A stretch of 64,000 nucleotides of DNA from Anaerohalosphaeraceae bacterium (GCA_050309605.1 JBNRMN010000090.1:15383-79382); one strand, 5' to 3'; positions 1-10,518 are shown, counted from the stretch's first letter. The notes: generated by a model from the sequence alone, not told the origin. A program made the numbers and translations.

Positions 1-46
1 CCCATTCGTGTGATTTCAAATATCTTGCGTCCGGATCAATCATCAT
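1..46 (-). CDS. gcvH: glycine cleavage system H protein, 5' end only (runs off window)
   Basis: Manual translation gives MMIDPDARYLKSHEW, the typical GcvH N-terminal Y..SHEW motif. AAGGA RBS at 56-60. Lies directly downstream of gcvT. Confidence 0.85.
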   Translation of the reverse strand, partial: MMIDPDARYLKSHEW

Positions 47-138
47 CTGTAGAATTCCTTATAATAAATCGTCCTGTCTTGCCGCTATGCCGCTTTATAC
101 TTCAAGTTCCGGCTTTCGGTTCTGACGTCTGTCTTGTT

Positions 139-1383
139 TTATTCAATCTCAGCCAGGGCAATATCGCCGCTGCGATTGTCCAGATTTCGCCGAACAAGCC
201 GCATTTTCAGCCGCCGCTGCCGCACGTCGGCCTCCAGTACCGCATCGGGGGCCACCTCCGGCGCGACCAGTGCCAGCCCGATTGCGCGTCGGCCCGTCTG
301 ATCGGTCAGCCGCCAGGTGTCGCCGTCTTTGCGTGTACCCCAATAGGGCGCTACCGTCCCGCTGGTTACAAAACCGACCGGTTTGTCCCTATCATACACC
401 ACCGTCTCAGCGCGTGCAACACCGCTGTCTGTCAGTCGAAACGACCGAATCACCCGCGGCAGATCGCTTGTCTGTGAAAAATCACCCGCGGCGTATCGTT
501 TCCGTGCCTCGGCCTGACGCAGCAGGGCTGCTTTGCCGACATACTCGCCCTTGCTTTGGTCAAAACTGACCGCATACCGCGCGATCGGACAAGCCAGCGC
601 GCCGATTTCCGCCCCGTCCGGCCCGACGCCGAACTCATGGCCGTACAGCGGCAGTCCCGCTTCCAGCCGCAGCGTGTCCCGCGCTCCCAGCCCGACCGGC
701 TCGGCCCCGCCATCCAGCAGCGCATCCCACAGCGATCCAACCGCCTCGGCGGCAATAAACACCTCAAAACAGATCGGTTCGCCCGTATAGCCGGTGCGGG
801 CGACCGTTGCCTGAACACCGCAAAGGGTGACCTGACTTAATGCATTGCGCCGCTTCGGCGGCAGGACGCCGCCCTCAAGCAGCGTGCGCAAGATCGTCTC
901 GCTCTGAGGCCCCTGCAGGGCGATCATCGCAAGCGACTCGCTGATATCCGTCAGGGTAACCCCGTCAAACGTCGAGACGTGCGAACGGAGATACTCATAA
1001 TCCGTTTGGGCGTTCGAGGCGTTGACCACCAGCAGATAATCCCCCCTGTCAAGCTGATACAGATAGGCATCGTCGATGACCCCGCCTTCCGGGTTGGCCA
1101 TAATCGTGTACTGGCTGTTGCCCGGCGACAGGTTTAGAACATTGTTGGTCAAAAACCGCTGGAGAAAATCAACCGCCTTTTCGCCCCGGATACGAAACCG
1201 CCCCATATGCGAGACGTCAAAAAGCCCGGCGTTCTTTCGGGTGGCCAAGTGCTCGGCCACAATGCCCCCGGCGTACTGAATCGGCATCTCCCAGCCCGCG
1301 AAATCCGCCATCCGCGCCCCCAATGCCGTATGACGTTGATGCAGTCTTGTCTGTTTCATAGCCTGACTTAAAAAAGAGTTCAT
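139..1383 (-). CDS. gcvT: glycine cleavage system aminomethyltransferase T
   Basis: Motifs FAGWEMPIQY, GLFDVSHMG, ARTGYTGE, GLGARDTLRLEAGLPLYG. Alternative start at ATG 1359. Confidence 0.96.
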   Translation of the reverse strand: MNSFLSQAMKQTRLHQRHTALGARMADFAGWEMPIQYAGGIVAEHLATRKNAGLFDVSHMGRFRIRGEKAVDFLQRFLTNNVLNLSPGNSQYTIMANPEGGVIDDAYLYQLDRGDYLLVVNASNAQTDYEYLRSHVSTFDGVTLTDISESLAMIALQGPQSETILRTLLEGGVLPPKRRNALSQVTLCGVQATVARTGYTGEPICFEVFIAAEAVGSLWDALLDGGAEPVGLGARDTLRLEAGLPLYGHEFGVGPDGAEIGALACPIARYAVSFDQSKGEYVGKAALLRQAEARKRYAAGDFSQTSDLPRVIRSFRLTDSGVARAETVVYDRDKPVGFVTSGTVAPYWGTRKDGDTWRLTDQTGRRAIGLALVAPEVAPDAVLEADVRQRRLKMRLVRRNLDNRSGDIALAEIE

Positions 1384-1501
1384 TTGTCGTAAAGTGGAAC
1401 AAAAAGTCTAACACACACCGCCGCCGACGTCAAACACAATCGCGATTATGCAAAATACCTCTTGCTATTCAAAACGAATTCGGTATAGTAATACGCTCAT
1501 T

Positions 1502-1587
1502 GCCCAGGTGGCGGAATAGGCAGACGCGTCAGGTTGAGGGCCTGATGGGGTTAATACCCCGTGCTGGTTCGACTCCAGTCCTGGGCA
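1502..1587 (+). tRNA. tRNA-Leu (GAG)
   Basis: GCCCAGG/CCTGGGC acceptor stem, anticodon arm TCAGG-TTGAGGG-CCTGA, long variable arm, GGTTCGACTCC T-loop. CCA not encoded. Confidence 0.96.
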
Positions 1588-1703
1588 ATCGTCATTCCGC
1601 GCTGCCCCTGAGAGACCGCCATTATGGCTGGGTCGTCTCATCTTGAACGGCGTGAGGGAAAGCATCAATCCTCTGTTGCGTCGAACTTTTCTTGTGTGTT
1701 CAG

Positions 1704-3128
1704 TTATATTGAGCCGGTCGCGCGTTCAAAGGCCGCTTTGGCGATATGATAGTTCCACTGCGTTTCGACCAGAACGCTTTCGGCTTGGGACAAGGCGGCC
1801 TGGGCATCCAGCAGGTCCGTGACAGTACTTTTGCCGACTTCGTAGCGCTGGCGCGTCAAACGCATGCTTTCCCGTGCGTCTTTGACCAGGATATCGGCGG
1901 CATGCAGCGCCTCACATGCCTCTGTCAGACGCGAATGACTTGTCCAGACCTCTTGCCGCACGGTCAGGATAAGCTGTCGGATCTGAGCTTCCTTTCTCGA
2001 CAGTTCGCGGCGTGTTCGATCCAATCGACGGCTTCGTTCAAATCCGGTAAACAGCGGCAGCTCAAGACCAACGCCTACAGACCAATCCTCATCGCCGGGC
2101 CAGAACTCCGAGTCGCGCCGCCCGTACCGCCCCATGGCTCGCAGTACCGGGCCAAAATCGCTTTGGGCGGCCGCCACCTCGCTTTGAGCGCCGACGATAC
2201 GCTGAAGGGCGGCTTTCAGCTCAGGCCGCTGCTGTATGGCCGATTCGAATGAAGCGTCCAGATTGACCGTGTTCGGCGCGATAACCGACGGCAGCGTATC
2301 GTCAATCTCTATCGGCAACTCGACCGGCAGTCCCATCGCGGTATTGAGATTGCCCCGGCTGATACGCACTCGGTTTTCCGCTCGAACGACAGCCAGCCTC
2401 CGGTCGGCCGTTTCCACCCGCATCCGCAGCACATCGGCCTCGACCGCGACGCCGACCTGTCTGCGCTGCTCGGCCAGACGCAGGTGGTCCTCTGCCCGCG
2501 CTGCGTTTTCTTCGGCAACCTTGAACGCCTCATAAGCCGACAACAAACCATAGTAGGCCTGCTGAACCATCAACGCAATATCCTGCCGCACTATTTCAGC
2601 TTCGTATTCCGAGGCGCCGGCTTTGGCTCGGGCCGCGGTCAGGTGCGCCCGTCGTCGGCCGCTGTCAAGCAGCAGCCACTGCGCAGCCACCCCGCCGCTG
2701 TAATCGTCCGTCGGGCCGACGACGCTGGTTTGCGGCCCCATCGCACCGCCCAGTCCGCCGGGCAAAAAGGCATGCGTCTGAAACCGTCGATAGTCGGCGG
2801 TCAGATTCACGTGAGGGTAATAGCCCGCCTCTGCCTGTTTGGCGGCATGGTGTGCGGCGGCCAGACCTTCACGCGACGCCTGGAGCAAAGGGTTTTGTGC
2901 CAGTGCAATGCGCACACACGCCTCAAGCGTCAAATCTTGATCCTCCGGAATGAGGTCTGTTTCCTTGGTGGGTACCCCCGCAGCATCTGACGGCTGTGAA
3001 ATGGACGGCGGCAGATAGCGGTTGATGGACGGCGTGCGTTCATACGGCAGTTCAGCACAGCCGGCAAAATACACAAAGCCCACGGTTAACCTAATCAGCA
3101 GATGGATACCGCGTTGAATATTCATCAT
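1704..3128 (-). CDS. TolC-family outer membrane efflux lipoprotein
   Basis: Lipobox-like FAGC, LTLEACVRIALAQNP, two OEP repeats, YEVGKSTVTDLLDAQ. Last gene of the RND operon. Confidence 0.93.
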   Translation of the reverse strand: MMNIQRGIHLLIRLTVGFVYFAGCAELPYERTPSINRYLPPSISQPSDAAGVPTKETDLIPEDQDLTLEACVRIALAQNPLLQASREGLAAAHHAAKQAEAGYYPHVNLTADYRRFQTHAFLPGGLGGAMGPQTSVVGPTDDYSGGVAAQWLLLDSGRRRAHLTAARAKAGASEYEAEIVRQDIALMVQQAYYGLLSAYEAFKVAEENAARAEDHLRLAEQRRQVGVAVEADVLRMRVETADRRLAVVRAENRVRISRGNLNTAMGLPVELPIEIDDTLPSVIAPNTVNLDASFESAIQQRPELKAALQRIVGAQSEVAAAQSDFGPVLRAMGRYGRRDSEFWPGDEDWSVGVGLELPLFTGFERSRRLDRTRRELSRKEAQIRQLILTVRQEVWTSHSRLTEACEALHAADILVKDARESMRLTRQRYEVGKSTVTDLLDAQAALSQAESVLVETQWNYHIAKAAFERATGSI

Positions 3129-3152
3129 ATCACCTCGAATCATCAATTGACG

Positions 3153-6100
3153 TTAGTCATCTGTCGCCGCAGCCGCCGGCCGGACGCGGCGTTTCAGGCA
3201 CGCCGCCGCCGAGTCCATCGATGCATAGACCACCGGGATAATCACCATTGTCAAAAACGTCCCCGCCAGCAGACCACTGGCCGCGGCAATGCCCAGCGGA
3301 CTCATCCGCTCCAATCCGACGGCCAATTCCAGCACCAGCGGCGTCAGGCCCAACACCGTCGAAACCGTCGTCATCAGAATCGGGCGAATGCGAAGCCGAA
3401 CGGATTGGACAATGGCCTCATCCCGTGCCATCCCTTCCTGTTGTGCTTTGAGGATAAACCCCAGCATCAGAATGCTGTTGTTGACCACCGTGCCGCCCAG
3501 CAGAATCAGCCCCATCATGGCCGGTTGACACATCGGTTTGTCAAACAACAGCAGTCCCCACAGCGCCCCGGCAGCGGCCAGCGGAATGGCCGCCAAAATC
3601 GTAATCGGATGACGCAGCGATTTGAACGTCGCCATCAGCAAAATATACAACAGCACCAAACCCACCGCCAATGCCTGAACCATACTCTTCTGGGCACGCG
3701 CCATATCCGCGACGGTACCGGCCACCTCGATATGATACCCCTCCGGCGATTCGATTTCCAACAGACGCTGCCGGACCATGGCGGCGACTTGCTTGATCGT
3801 ATAAACCCGATTGACAGCGGTAATGTCCAGTGTATTGCGCAGATGTTCGCGTGTGACAAACGGCTGGTCGCGCTGGGTCTGAACCTGCGCCATCGCTCGC
3901 AGCGGCAAAGGACCTGAAGACGTGCTGACATAGATCTGCTCCAGTTGATCGGGGTATTGTATCTCGGATGGTGCATATTGCACGTAAATGGGAATGTCGA
4001 GCATACCTTTCAGCCGCATCATGGAAGCGGGCACACCTTTAACGGCGATCTTGAGTTCCTCGGCCATTTGGGACGGCGTGGTTTGATAAAGACGGGCAAG
4101 GGCCGGATCGACACGGACAATATACTCGACCTTGTCGAAATACCAGCTTCGTCTTACATCCATCAGACCCGGCAAACCGTCCAGCGCTTCAAGGCACTCA
4201 TCGGCCAATGACGAGACAATCGTTGAATCCGGCCCGCTGACAATAATATTCAGCGGCGCTTTGGTCGTGGCCATCGGCGTGGCCCCGTATTCGTTGATGC
4301 GGCTGGAACGGACGCCGGACAGCGCTGTCAATTGTTCTCGCCAGGCGTCCTGAATCTGCCAGATGGTTTCGCTGCGCTGCGTTCGGTCCACCAGATGAAC
4401 GGTGATTTTCGCTGTCTGGGCGGTTGCTCCGCCGCCGCCGAAACTGATTTGTCCGGCCTCCGAGCCGACGACCGAGGAGACCATTTGAACGCCCGGTGTA
4501 GCGAGAATGATTGATTCCGCCTGCGACAGCACATCTTCGACCTGGGCCGGCGAGTACTCCGTTGGCGTCTCAAACTCAATCATGCTGATACCGGTATCCA
4601 TCGGCGGCATCAACTCGCCGCCGATCAATGGGACGACGATGCGTACCGTGGCGACAAACAACACCGCCGCCCCAAGCAGCGTGACTGTTTTGTACCGCAG
4701 CGCCCACCGCAATGCGCCGACATAGACCGTTGCAAGGACGCCGACCCCGCGATCCATATTGCCGAAGAAGCGTTCCAATACGTTTTTCTTTGTTTTTCGC
4801 CGCTTGAGCAGCCAGGACGCCACCAGCGGCACCACCGTCAGCGCGCTGAGCAGGGAGGCGGCCAATGTCGTCACAATCATCAGATTCAAAGGCCGCATCA
4901 CCTGCTGGGTATAGCCGCCGGTAAACGCCACCGGAACCAGGACCACCACGGTGGTCAGCATGCCGGCGGTAATTTCCAGTGCCACCTGGTTGGTTCCCAC
5001 GCGCGCCGCTTCGGCGGCGTCGGGTTTGTCCATCTGCTGCCAATGCCGATAGATATTTTCCAGCACCACCACCGAGGCATCGACCACCATGCCGACCGCG
5101 ATAATTAAGCCTGACAGCGTGACCATATTGAGCGTAAACGGCGACAGGCTCAACACCATCAGACTGCCCAGAAAGCTCAGCGGAATACTGACCGCCACGA
5201 CCGCCGCCGCCCGCACATCGGCCAGGAAAACAAATATCACGATAACCGTGATGATGACCGCCTGGCCCAGACTTTGCTGCATGCCGCGCACGTTAACATC
5301 GATCAAGGGCTGCTGGTCGTCGGTAATCTCAAAAACAATGTCAGGATAGCGCGCCTCCAGTTTGGGCAAAAATGCCTTGAAGGTACGGATGGCATCCACA
5401 GTCGGACTGTCGTCGGGCCGCAGAATGTTGACCGCAATGGCCGGTTTGCCGTTGCCGTGATAGACACTGCGCGGCTGCTGAACCGAAAGGCTGACATCAG
5501 CCACATCGCGAACACGCAGCAATCCCTGGCCGGTCAATCGCAGCGGCAAATTGCGAATCTGCTCGAGCGACTCAAATTCGCCGACGATTTTAACAAGATG
5601 CTCCTCGCGTTCGGAATACATCGTCCCTGCCGGGGCGGCGACATTTTGGGCGGCCAGCGCCGAAACGACTTCAGGGAGCGTCAGACCATGGACGGCCAAA
5701 CGATCCCGGCTGATGCGTACCTGTACTTCGGGCTGATGGCCGCCGAAGACATCCACGTCGGCAATTCCGGGCAATGCAAGAATCTGGTCTTTGATCTGGT
5801 TTTCAGCCAGCAGACGAATCTGCGACAAGGTTTGTGGACTGCCCGCACGGGGCGACAGCGCCAGCGTCGCCAGCGGCCGTGTGGCGTCGGTGATCTTGAA
5901 AATGCGCGGCTCAAGAATATCCGCCGGCAAATCCGCCCGCACCCGACCGATGGCATTCTGAACATCCAGAACCGCCTGTCCGATGGTGGTGTCATAATCG
6001 AACTCCACGTTGATGCTCGACACTTCGTCGCGCGTCGTGCTGGCCACCTTGACAAGACCGTCCAACGTATTCAGCTCTTTTTCCAACACACGGGTGATCT

Positions 6101-6284
6101 TGTCGGCCACGTCGCCGGCGGCCGCGCCGGGACGCACGGTAATCACGGCCACCTGAGGCGGAACCGTGTTCGGAAACAAATCCGTCGGCGTGCGAAGCAG
6201 CGACAAAATGCCCAGCGCCGCGACAACCATCACCGCGGCAACGACCGCATACGGATTGCGAAGCGAAAAACCGGTCAGATTCAT
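3153..6284 (-). CDS. RND efflux permease (AcrB/CzcA family)
   Basis: ~1040 aa with GMVVDASVVVLENI and RIRPILMTT. ATG 6284 overlaps the upstream stop (ATGA). Confidence 0.95.
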   Translation of the reverse strand: MNLTGFSLRNPYAVVAAVMVVAALGILSLLRTPTDLFPNTVPPQVAVITVRPGAAAGDVADKITRVLEKELNTLDGLVKVASTTRDEVSSINVEFDYDTTIGQAVLDVQNAIGRVRADLPADILEPRIFKITDATRPLATLALSPRAGSPQTLSQIRLLAENQIKDQILALPGIADVDVFGGHQPEVQVRISRDRLAVHGLTLPEVVSALAAQNVAAPAGTMYSEREEHLVKIVGEFESLEQIRNLPLRLTGQGLLRVRDVADVSLSVQQPRSVYHGNGKPAIAVNILRPDDSPTVDAIRTFKAFLPKLEARYPDIVFEITDDQQPLIDVNVRGMQQSLGQAVIITVIVIFVFLADVRAAAVVAVSIPLSFLGSLMVLSLSPFTLNMVTLSGLIIAVGMVVDASVVVLENIYRHWQQMDKPDAAEAARVGTNQVALEITAGMLTTVVVLVPVAFTGGYTQQVMRPLNLMIVTTLAASLLSALTVVPLVASWLLKRRKTKKNVLERFFGNMDRGVGVLATVYVGALRWALRYKTVTLLGAAVLFVATVRIVVPLIGGELMPPMDTGISMIEFETPTEYSPAQVEDVLSQAESIILATPGVQMVSSVVGSEAGQISFGGGGATAQTAKITVHLVDRTQRSETIWQIQDAWREQLTALSGVRSSRINEYGATPMATTKAPLNIIVSGPDSTIVSSLADECLEALDGLPGLMDVRRSWYFDKVEYIVRVDPALARLYQTTPSQMAEELKIAVKGVPASMMRLKGMLDIPIYVQYAPSEIQYPDQLEQIYVSTSSGPLPLRAMAQVQTQRDQPFVTREHLRNTLDITAVNRVYTIKQVAAMVRQRLLEIESPEGYHIEVAGTVADMARAQKSMVQALAVGLVLLYILLMATFKSLRHPITILAAIPLAAAGALWGLLLFDKPMCQPAMMGLILLGGTVVNNSILMLGFILKAQQEGMARDEAIVQSVRLRIRPILMTTVSTVLGLTPLVLELAVGLERMSPLGIAAASGLLAGTFLTMVIIPVVYASMDSAAACLKRRVRPAAAATDD

Positions 6285-7480
6285 TGCCGCACCTCCACCG
6301 GCAGTCCCGAATTGAGTACCGACCACCCCAGAAATGTGCTGATAACCACCTGCTGCCCCGGCTCGATGCCTTCCACCGCGGCCTGATCGTTCTGCTGTCC
6401 GATTAGACGTACCGGTATGGCGTCAAGCCGACCGTCCCTGACGACAAAGACATGCGATTGCCCTTTGGGGGATTCGGTAACAGCGGCAGCGGGAACGAAG
6501 GTGACACTTTCTTTTCGTTTTAGCACCAACGAAAGCGGAATGTAAGCTCTGCCGACCAGCTCTTCAGCCGACTCGCCGGTCAAAACGGCTTCGGCCCGCA
6601 GCATCCGAGCGTGATTCAACGAAGGATAAAGCGTATGAACGGACGCCTGACGAACAGTCCCTCCCGGCGTCGTATAGCTGACGGACATTCCCGTTCGCAC
6701 CTGTGGTACATCCTGTTGCGGAATATCAAACGCCAGCTTGAGACGACGGTGATCTTCGACGGTCAGCAGCGCTTTTCCGGGAGCCGCCAGATCACCCGGA
6801 TCGACATGGCGCTCAGACACCACCCCGTCAAAGGGACTGACGATGGAACAATAACTGAGCCGCGTTTGTATCTCCGCCAGCCGCCGTTTCAGCGAGGCGG
6901 CCTGATACTCCAGGGCGCGGGACTTTTGGCGAGTTGATTCCAGCCGACCGGTGATTTCATTGACCCGCTCCCGAGCCGCTTCCGCCTCTGAGACCGTTGC
7001 GGCTCCGCCGGCCTGCAGGTGTGCGATTCGGTCGGCTTCCCGCGTCCAGTAATCCAGTGAGCCGGCCAGCGATTGAACCGTAGCGTCATTGGCCGCCTGT
7101 TCGGCCCGTACCTGGTCGATCTGGGCCTGAACGGAGGCCATGGTCTCTTTGATCTCCCGATCATCCAGCGTCATCAGCAATTGACCGGCCTCAGCCCGGT
7201 CGCCTTCTTTGACCAAAAGGGATTGAACCGTTGTGGTCAGGCGGGCAGACAGTGTCGCGGTCTGCACCGGCTCGGCAAGGGCCAGGTAATCTCTGACATG
7301 CTCCCATGTTCCCCTGTAAGAGCGGGCGGTCTGCACCGCAAGCGGCCTGATCTGAAACCGAGGCGCAGCGGCCAACGCCGTCTTTTTTTGTTGAATCAGC
7401 ATCCTGGCGCCAAAACCAATCCCGATGACGACGATAACGGCCAACAGGATGTATCGTGTGCGTTTCAATCGAATTTTCAT
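6281..7480 (-). CDS. RND periplasmic adaptor (membrane fusion protein)
   Basis: N-terminal TM, lipoyl half-motifs (VKEGDRAEAGQLL, IVSPFDGVV), coiled coil. Confidence 0.93.
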   Translation of the reverse strand: MKIRLKRTRYILLAVIVVIGIGFGARMLIQQKKTALAAAPRFQIRPLAVQTARSYRGTWEHVRDYLALAEPVQTATLSARLTTTVQSLLVKEGDRAEAGQLLMTLDDREIKETMASVQAQIDQVRAEQAANDATVQSLAGSLDYWTREADRIAHLQAGGAATVSEAEAARERVNEITGRLESTRQKSRALEYQAASLKRRLAEIQTRLSYCSIVSPFDGVVSERHVDPGDLAAPGKALLTVEDHRRLKLAFDIPQQDVPQVRTGMSVSYTTPGGTVRQASVHTLYPSLNHARMLRAEAVLTGESAEELVGRAYIPLSLVLKRKESVTFVPAAAVTESPKGQSHVFVVRDGRLDAIPVRLIGQQNDQAAVEGIEPGQQVVISTFLGWSVLNSGLPVEVRQ

Positions 7481-7516
7481 AGAATGTCCTTTATTGAACG
7501 CTGGTGCTCTCCGGTT

Positions 7517-8110
7517 CTACTGAAGCGCCTTGAGAAACAACGGCCAGACCTTTTGGGCCTGCCGCGTCACATCGAAATCGCCGTCGCTGAGATGCCATAA
7601 AATCATAGACGGCTGAATCAGTCCCAAAAACAGCACCGCCGCCGCGCCAACATCCACCGTTTCGGCAATCTGGCCGGCGGATTGAGCCTGACCCAGCAGA
7701 CATGTCACTTCATCCAGATAAGAACGGATGACCCCCAAAATGCGACCTTTGCGCTCCGGATGGTCGGCGTGAAAATCCCGGGAAAAGATAACGACGGGAA
7801 TCCCGCGGTTTTCCTGAATCAGGTGAATATGCCGACAAAACAACTGATGCAATCGCTCAAGCGGGGCCTGTGTCTGCTCACGGACAGCCGCGACATTGTC
7901 GAGCAGTTTGCTGTGTATCAGCTCAACCGTCAGGTTTAAGATCTCGTCTTTATTCCTGAAATGACGGTACAGGGCCGAGGGAACCAGCCCCACACGTCGT
8001 GCCACCGCGGCAACACTGAGCTGCTGAAGCCCGCCGGCTGACACGATGTCCAGAGCCGCTTGGGCGATCTGTTCTCGACGAATCCGAGTTTTAAGTTTTT
8101 CAATAGCCAC
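7517..8110 (-). CDS. TetR/AcrR family regulator
   Basis: HTH LSVAAVARRVGLVPSALYRHFRNKDEI. GTG 8110 chosen as start because the predicted promoter lies at 8141-8168. Confidence 0.92.
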   Translation of the reverse strand: MAIEKLKTRIRREQIAQAALDIVSAGGLQQLSVAAVARRVGLVPSALYRHFRNKDEILNLTVELIHSKLLDNVAAVREQTQAPLERLHQLFCRHIHLIQENRGIPVVIFSRDFHADHPERKGRILGVIRSYLDEVTCLLGQAQSAGQIAETVDVGAAAVLFLGLIQPSMILWHLSDGDFDVTRQAQKVWPLFLKALQ

Positions 8111-8121
8111 AATAAACTCAC

Positions 8122-8168
8122 AATGTGAATGGATGTTCACATTATAACAGCCAGAAAAGATTTGTCAA
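8122..8168 (-). promoter_or_regulatory. sigma70 promoter of tetR-RND operon with overlapping TetR-type operator
   Basis: Minus strand TTGACA (8168-8163), 16 nt, TATAAT (8146-8141). Perfect inverted repeat AATGTGAA-N6-TTCACATT at 8122-8143. Confidence 0.8.
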
Positions 8169-8229
8169 TACCGAAACGCCCGGGATAAAATGAAATATTC
8201 CTAAAAACAGGTTGATTTGATAGAATGAA

Positions 8230-8255
8230 AACATATAATGTGAGTATTATGTGTT
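8230..8255 (+). promoter_or_regulatory. putative ArsR operator
   Basis: Imperfect inverted repeat AACATATAAT-N6-ATTATGTGTT just upstream of arsR. Confidence 0.6.
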
Positions 8256-8291
8256 ATTGTAACAGAGTGATACAGCCGAAAAGATTGATAT

Positions 8292-8621
8292 ATGGACAAA
8301 GAAAAACTGAAATTTTACGAACTAAAGGCCGAGGTGATTCAGGCCGCGGCCCATCCGATCCGTTTGGCGGTTATCGAGTTTCTGGCCGAAGGCGAACAGT
8401 GTGTTTGTGATATTGTAACGTATGTCGGGGCGCAGCGATCCAATGTCTCGCGCCATCTGGCGGTGATGCTGCGGGCCGGGATTCTCGAATGCCGAAAAGA
8501 AGGGCTAAAGGTCATCTATTCGCTCAAGACTCCGTGCATTGTGGAATTTCTGGGTTGTGTGGAAGAGGTCTTGAAAGAACGAATGAAAAGCCAGACGGCC
8601 TTGCTGAGCAGGCTCGCGTAA
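8292..8621 (+). CDS. ArsR/SmtB family repressor
   Basis: AHPIRLAVIEFL, EQCVCDI, SNVSRHLAVM. Confidence 0.93.
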   Translation: MDKEKLKFYELKAEVIQAAAHPIRLAVIEFLAEGEQCVCDIVTYVGAQRSNVSRHLAVMLRAGILECRKEGLKVIYSLKTPCIVEFLGCVEEVLKERMKSQTALLSRLA

Positions 8622-8667
8622 AGTCGTCCCGACTGAATGCAATTATTCATCAACGAGAACTGATGCA

Positions 8668-9996
8668 ATGGACTGGAAGAACGAATTCAAGAAATTAGCC
8701 GCGGTAGTGGTCGTGTTTCTGGCGTGTTTTTATCTGCCGGTCCATCATTCACGATTTGTAAACGCCGTTCTCGAATCGCTGCATCTGGTCAAGTGGTACG
8801 CCCGCGAGCATGTGCTGCTGTGTCTGATCCCGGCGTTTTTCATTGCCGGTGCAATCGGCGTGTTTGTCAGTCAGGCATCGGTGATGAAATACCTCGGCGC
8901 CAAGGCCAACAAAGTACTGGCCTACGGCGTGGCCAGTGTATCCGGGACGATCCTGGCGGTCTGTTCGTGTACGGTGCTGCCGCTGTTTGCGGGAATTTAT
9001 AAGATGGGGGCCGGACTGGGGCCGGCCACGGCGTTTTTGTATTCCGGCCCTGCAATCAATGTGCTGGCGATTATTATGACCGCGCGGATCCTCGGCCTGG
9101 AGCTGGGCATTGCCCGAGCGGTCGGAGCGATTGTGTTCAGCGTGGTCATCGGGCTGCTGATGCATCTGATCTATCGCAAAGAGGAACTGGAAAAAAGCAG
9201 CGGACAAATGGCGATGCCTGAACCCCAAGTGGCCCGGCCGTTGTGGAAAAATGCGGCGTTTTTCGCGTCAATGGTAGGTATTCTGGTCGTGGCCAACTGG
9301 GCGCGGAGCGGCGACGTACGGGCGGTCTTTCTGTGCTGTCCGGGCGGCCTGAGCACTTATACGATTGAAGGGATGGTGGTTCAGGAGGGCGACGATTACG
9401 TCCGCGTGGTCGATCGCGCCGGGACCGAACATGAAATCCCCGCCGAGCAGCTTCAGGCAGTCGAACCCGTTGACAAGAATATCGTGTATGAGGCCATTTT
9501 TCGCGCCCGCTGGGGTATTACGGCAGCACTGCTGGTGCTGTTCGGCGGGATGCTGCTGATGTGGTTCAGTCGCGGTGAGATAGCCGAATGGGTCGGGGCG
9601 TCGTGGGGGTTTGCGTGGCAGATTTTGCCGCTGCTGCTGATCGGCGTACTGGCGGCCGGATTCCTGCTGGGTCGCCCGGGCTATGAGGGCATTATCCCGG
9701 CCCAATGGGTCGAAAAGGCCGTCGGCGGCAACAGCCTGTGGGCAAACTTGTTCGCCTCGTTTGCCGGGGCGTTTATGTATTTTGCGACATTGACGGAAGT
9801 GCCGATTTTGCAGGGTCTGCTCGGCGCCGGCATGGGCAAAGGCCCGGCGCTGGCGCTGCTGCTGTCCGGGCCGGCGTTGAGTTTGCCGAATATGCTGGTC
9901 CTCCGCTCGGTGATGGGCACACAGAAAACAATCGTCTTTGTGGCGCTGGTCGTCGTGATGGCGACGATCAGCGGATTGATTTACGGGGCGCTATAA
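8668..9996 (+). CDS. ArsP-like (DUF318) permease
   Basis: LAVCSCTVLPLF, AFLYSGPAIN, MYFATLTEVPI, GPALSLP. Carries a central hydrophilic insertion. Confidence 0.88.
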   Translation: MDWKNEFKKLAAVVVVFLACFYLPVHHSRFVNAVLESLHLVKWYAREHVLLCLIPAFFIAGAIGVFVSQASVMKYLGAKANKVLAYGVASVSGTILAVCSCTVLPLFAGIYKMGAGLGPATAFLYSGPAINVLAIIMTARILGLELGIARAVGAIVFSVVIGLLMHLIYRKEELEKSSGQMAMPEPQVARPLWKNAAFFASMVGILVVANWARSGDVRAVFLCCPGGLSTYTIEGMVVQEGDDYVRVVDRAGTEHEIPAEQLQAVEPVDKNIVYEAIFRARWGITAALLVLFGGMLLMWFSRGEIAEWVGASWGFAWQILPLLLIGVLAAGFLLGRPGYEGIIPAQWVEKAVGGNSLWANLFASFAGAFMYFATLTEVPILQGLLGAGMGKGPALALLLSGPALSLPNMLVLRSVMGTQKTIVFVALVVVMATISGLIYGAL

Positions 9997-10038
9997 GAAC
10001 CGCAGGTTTTACAGAAAACATAACGTAGGTTTGTTGCA

Positions 10039-10518
10039 ATGACACAATTTACAGTACATCGGATCGGCGTCATCCGTACGCCGCATAAGCAAGCTGACGG
10101 CACGCCGATTCAATCGGCCTTTGCCAAAGGCATTGAAGGCGTGGTCGAAGTCTTTGAGCCGTATGCTGCGGGACTGAAAGATCTGGAAGGCTTTGATCGC
10201 ATCTGGCTGATTTACTGGTTTGATCGCTCAGCGGACTGGAAGCCGCTGGTCAAACCCTACATGGATACACAGCAGCGCGGTGTTTTTGCCACGCGAGCGC
10301 CGGCCCGACCGAATCCGATCGGTCTGTCATCGGTCAAACTCGAGGGCATCGAGGGCAACACACTATACATACGCGATGCGGATATGCTGGACGGAACGCC
10401 GCTGCTGGACATCAAGCCGTACAGTCCAATGTTTGACCATTTTGATGTGTCGCGCAGCGGCTGGATGGACCACGTCAAAGACGCACGGATAATCGCCGAC
10501 GAGCGATTCCAAAAATAA
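10039..10518 (+). CDS. tsaA: TrmO/TsaA-like SAM-dependent methyltransferase
   Basis: GVFATRAPARPNPIGLS, DMLDGTPLLDIKPY. Confidence 0.9.
   Translation: MTQFTVHRIGVIRTPHKQADGTPIQSAFAKGIEGVVEVFEPYAAGLKDLEGFDRIWLIYWFDRSADWKPLVKPYMDTQQRGVFATRAPARPNPIGLSSVKLEGIEGNTLYIRDADMLDGTPLLDIKPYSPMFDHFDVSRSGWMDHVKDARIIADERFQK

Noticed and set aside
47..138. Glycine riboswitch near gcvT/gcvH
   Set aside because: I could not find the GGAGA...CCGAAG...CTCTCAGG pattern here or in the short region upstream of gcvT.
1465..1668. Short ORFs overlapping tRNA-Leu (and 16290-16539 over tRNA-Ser)
   Set aside because: Spurious translations of tRNA genes.
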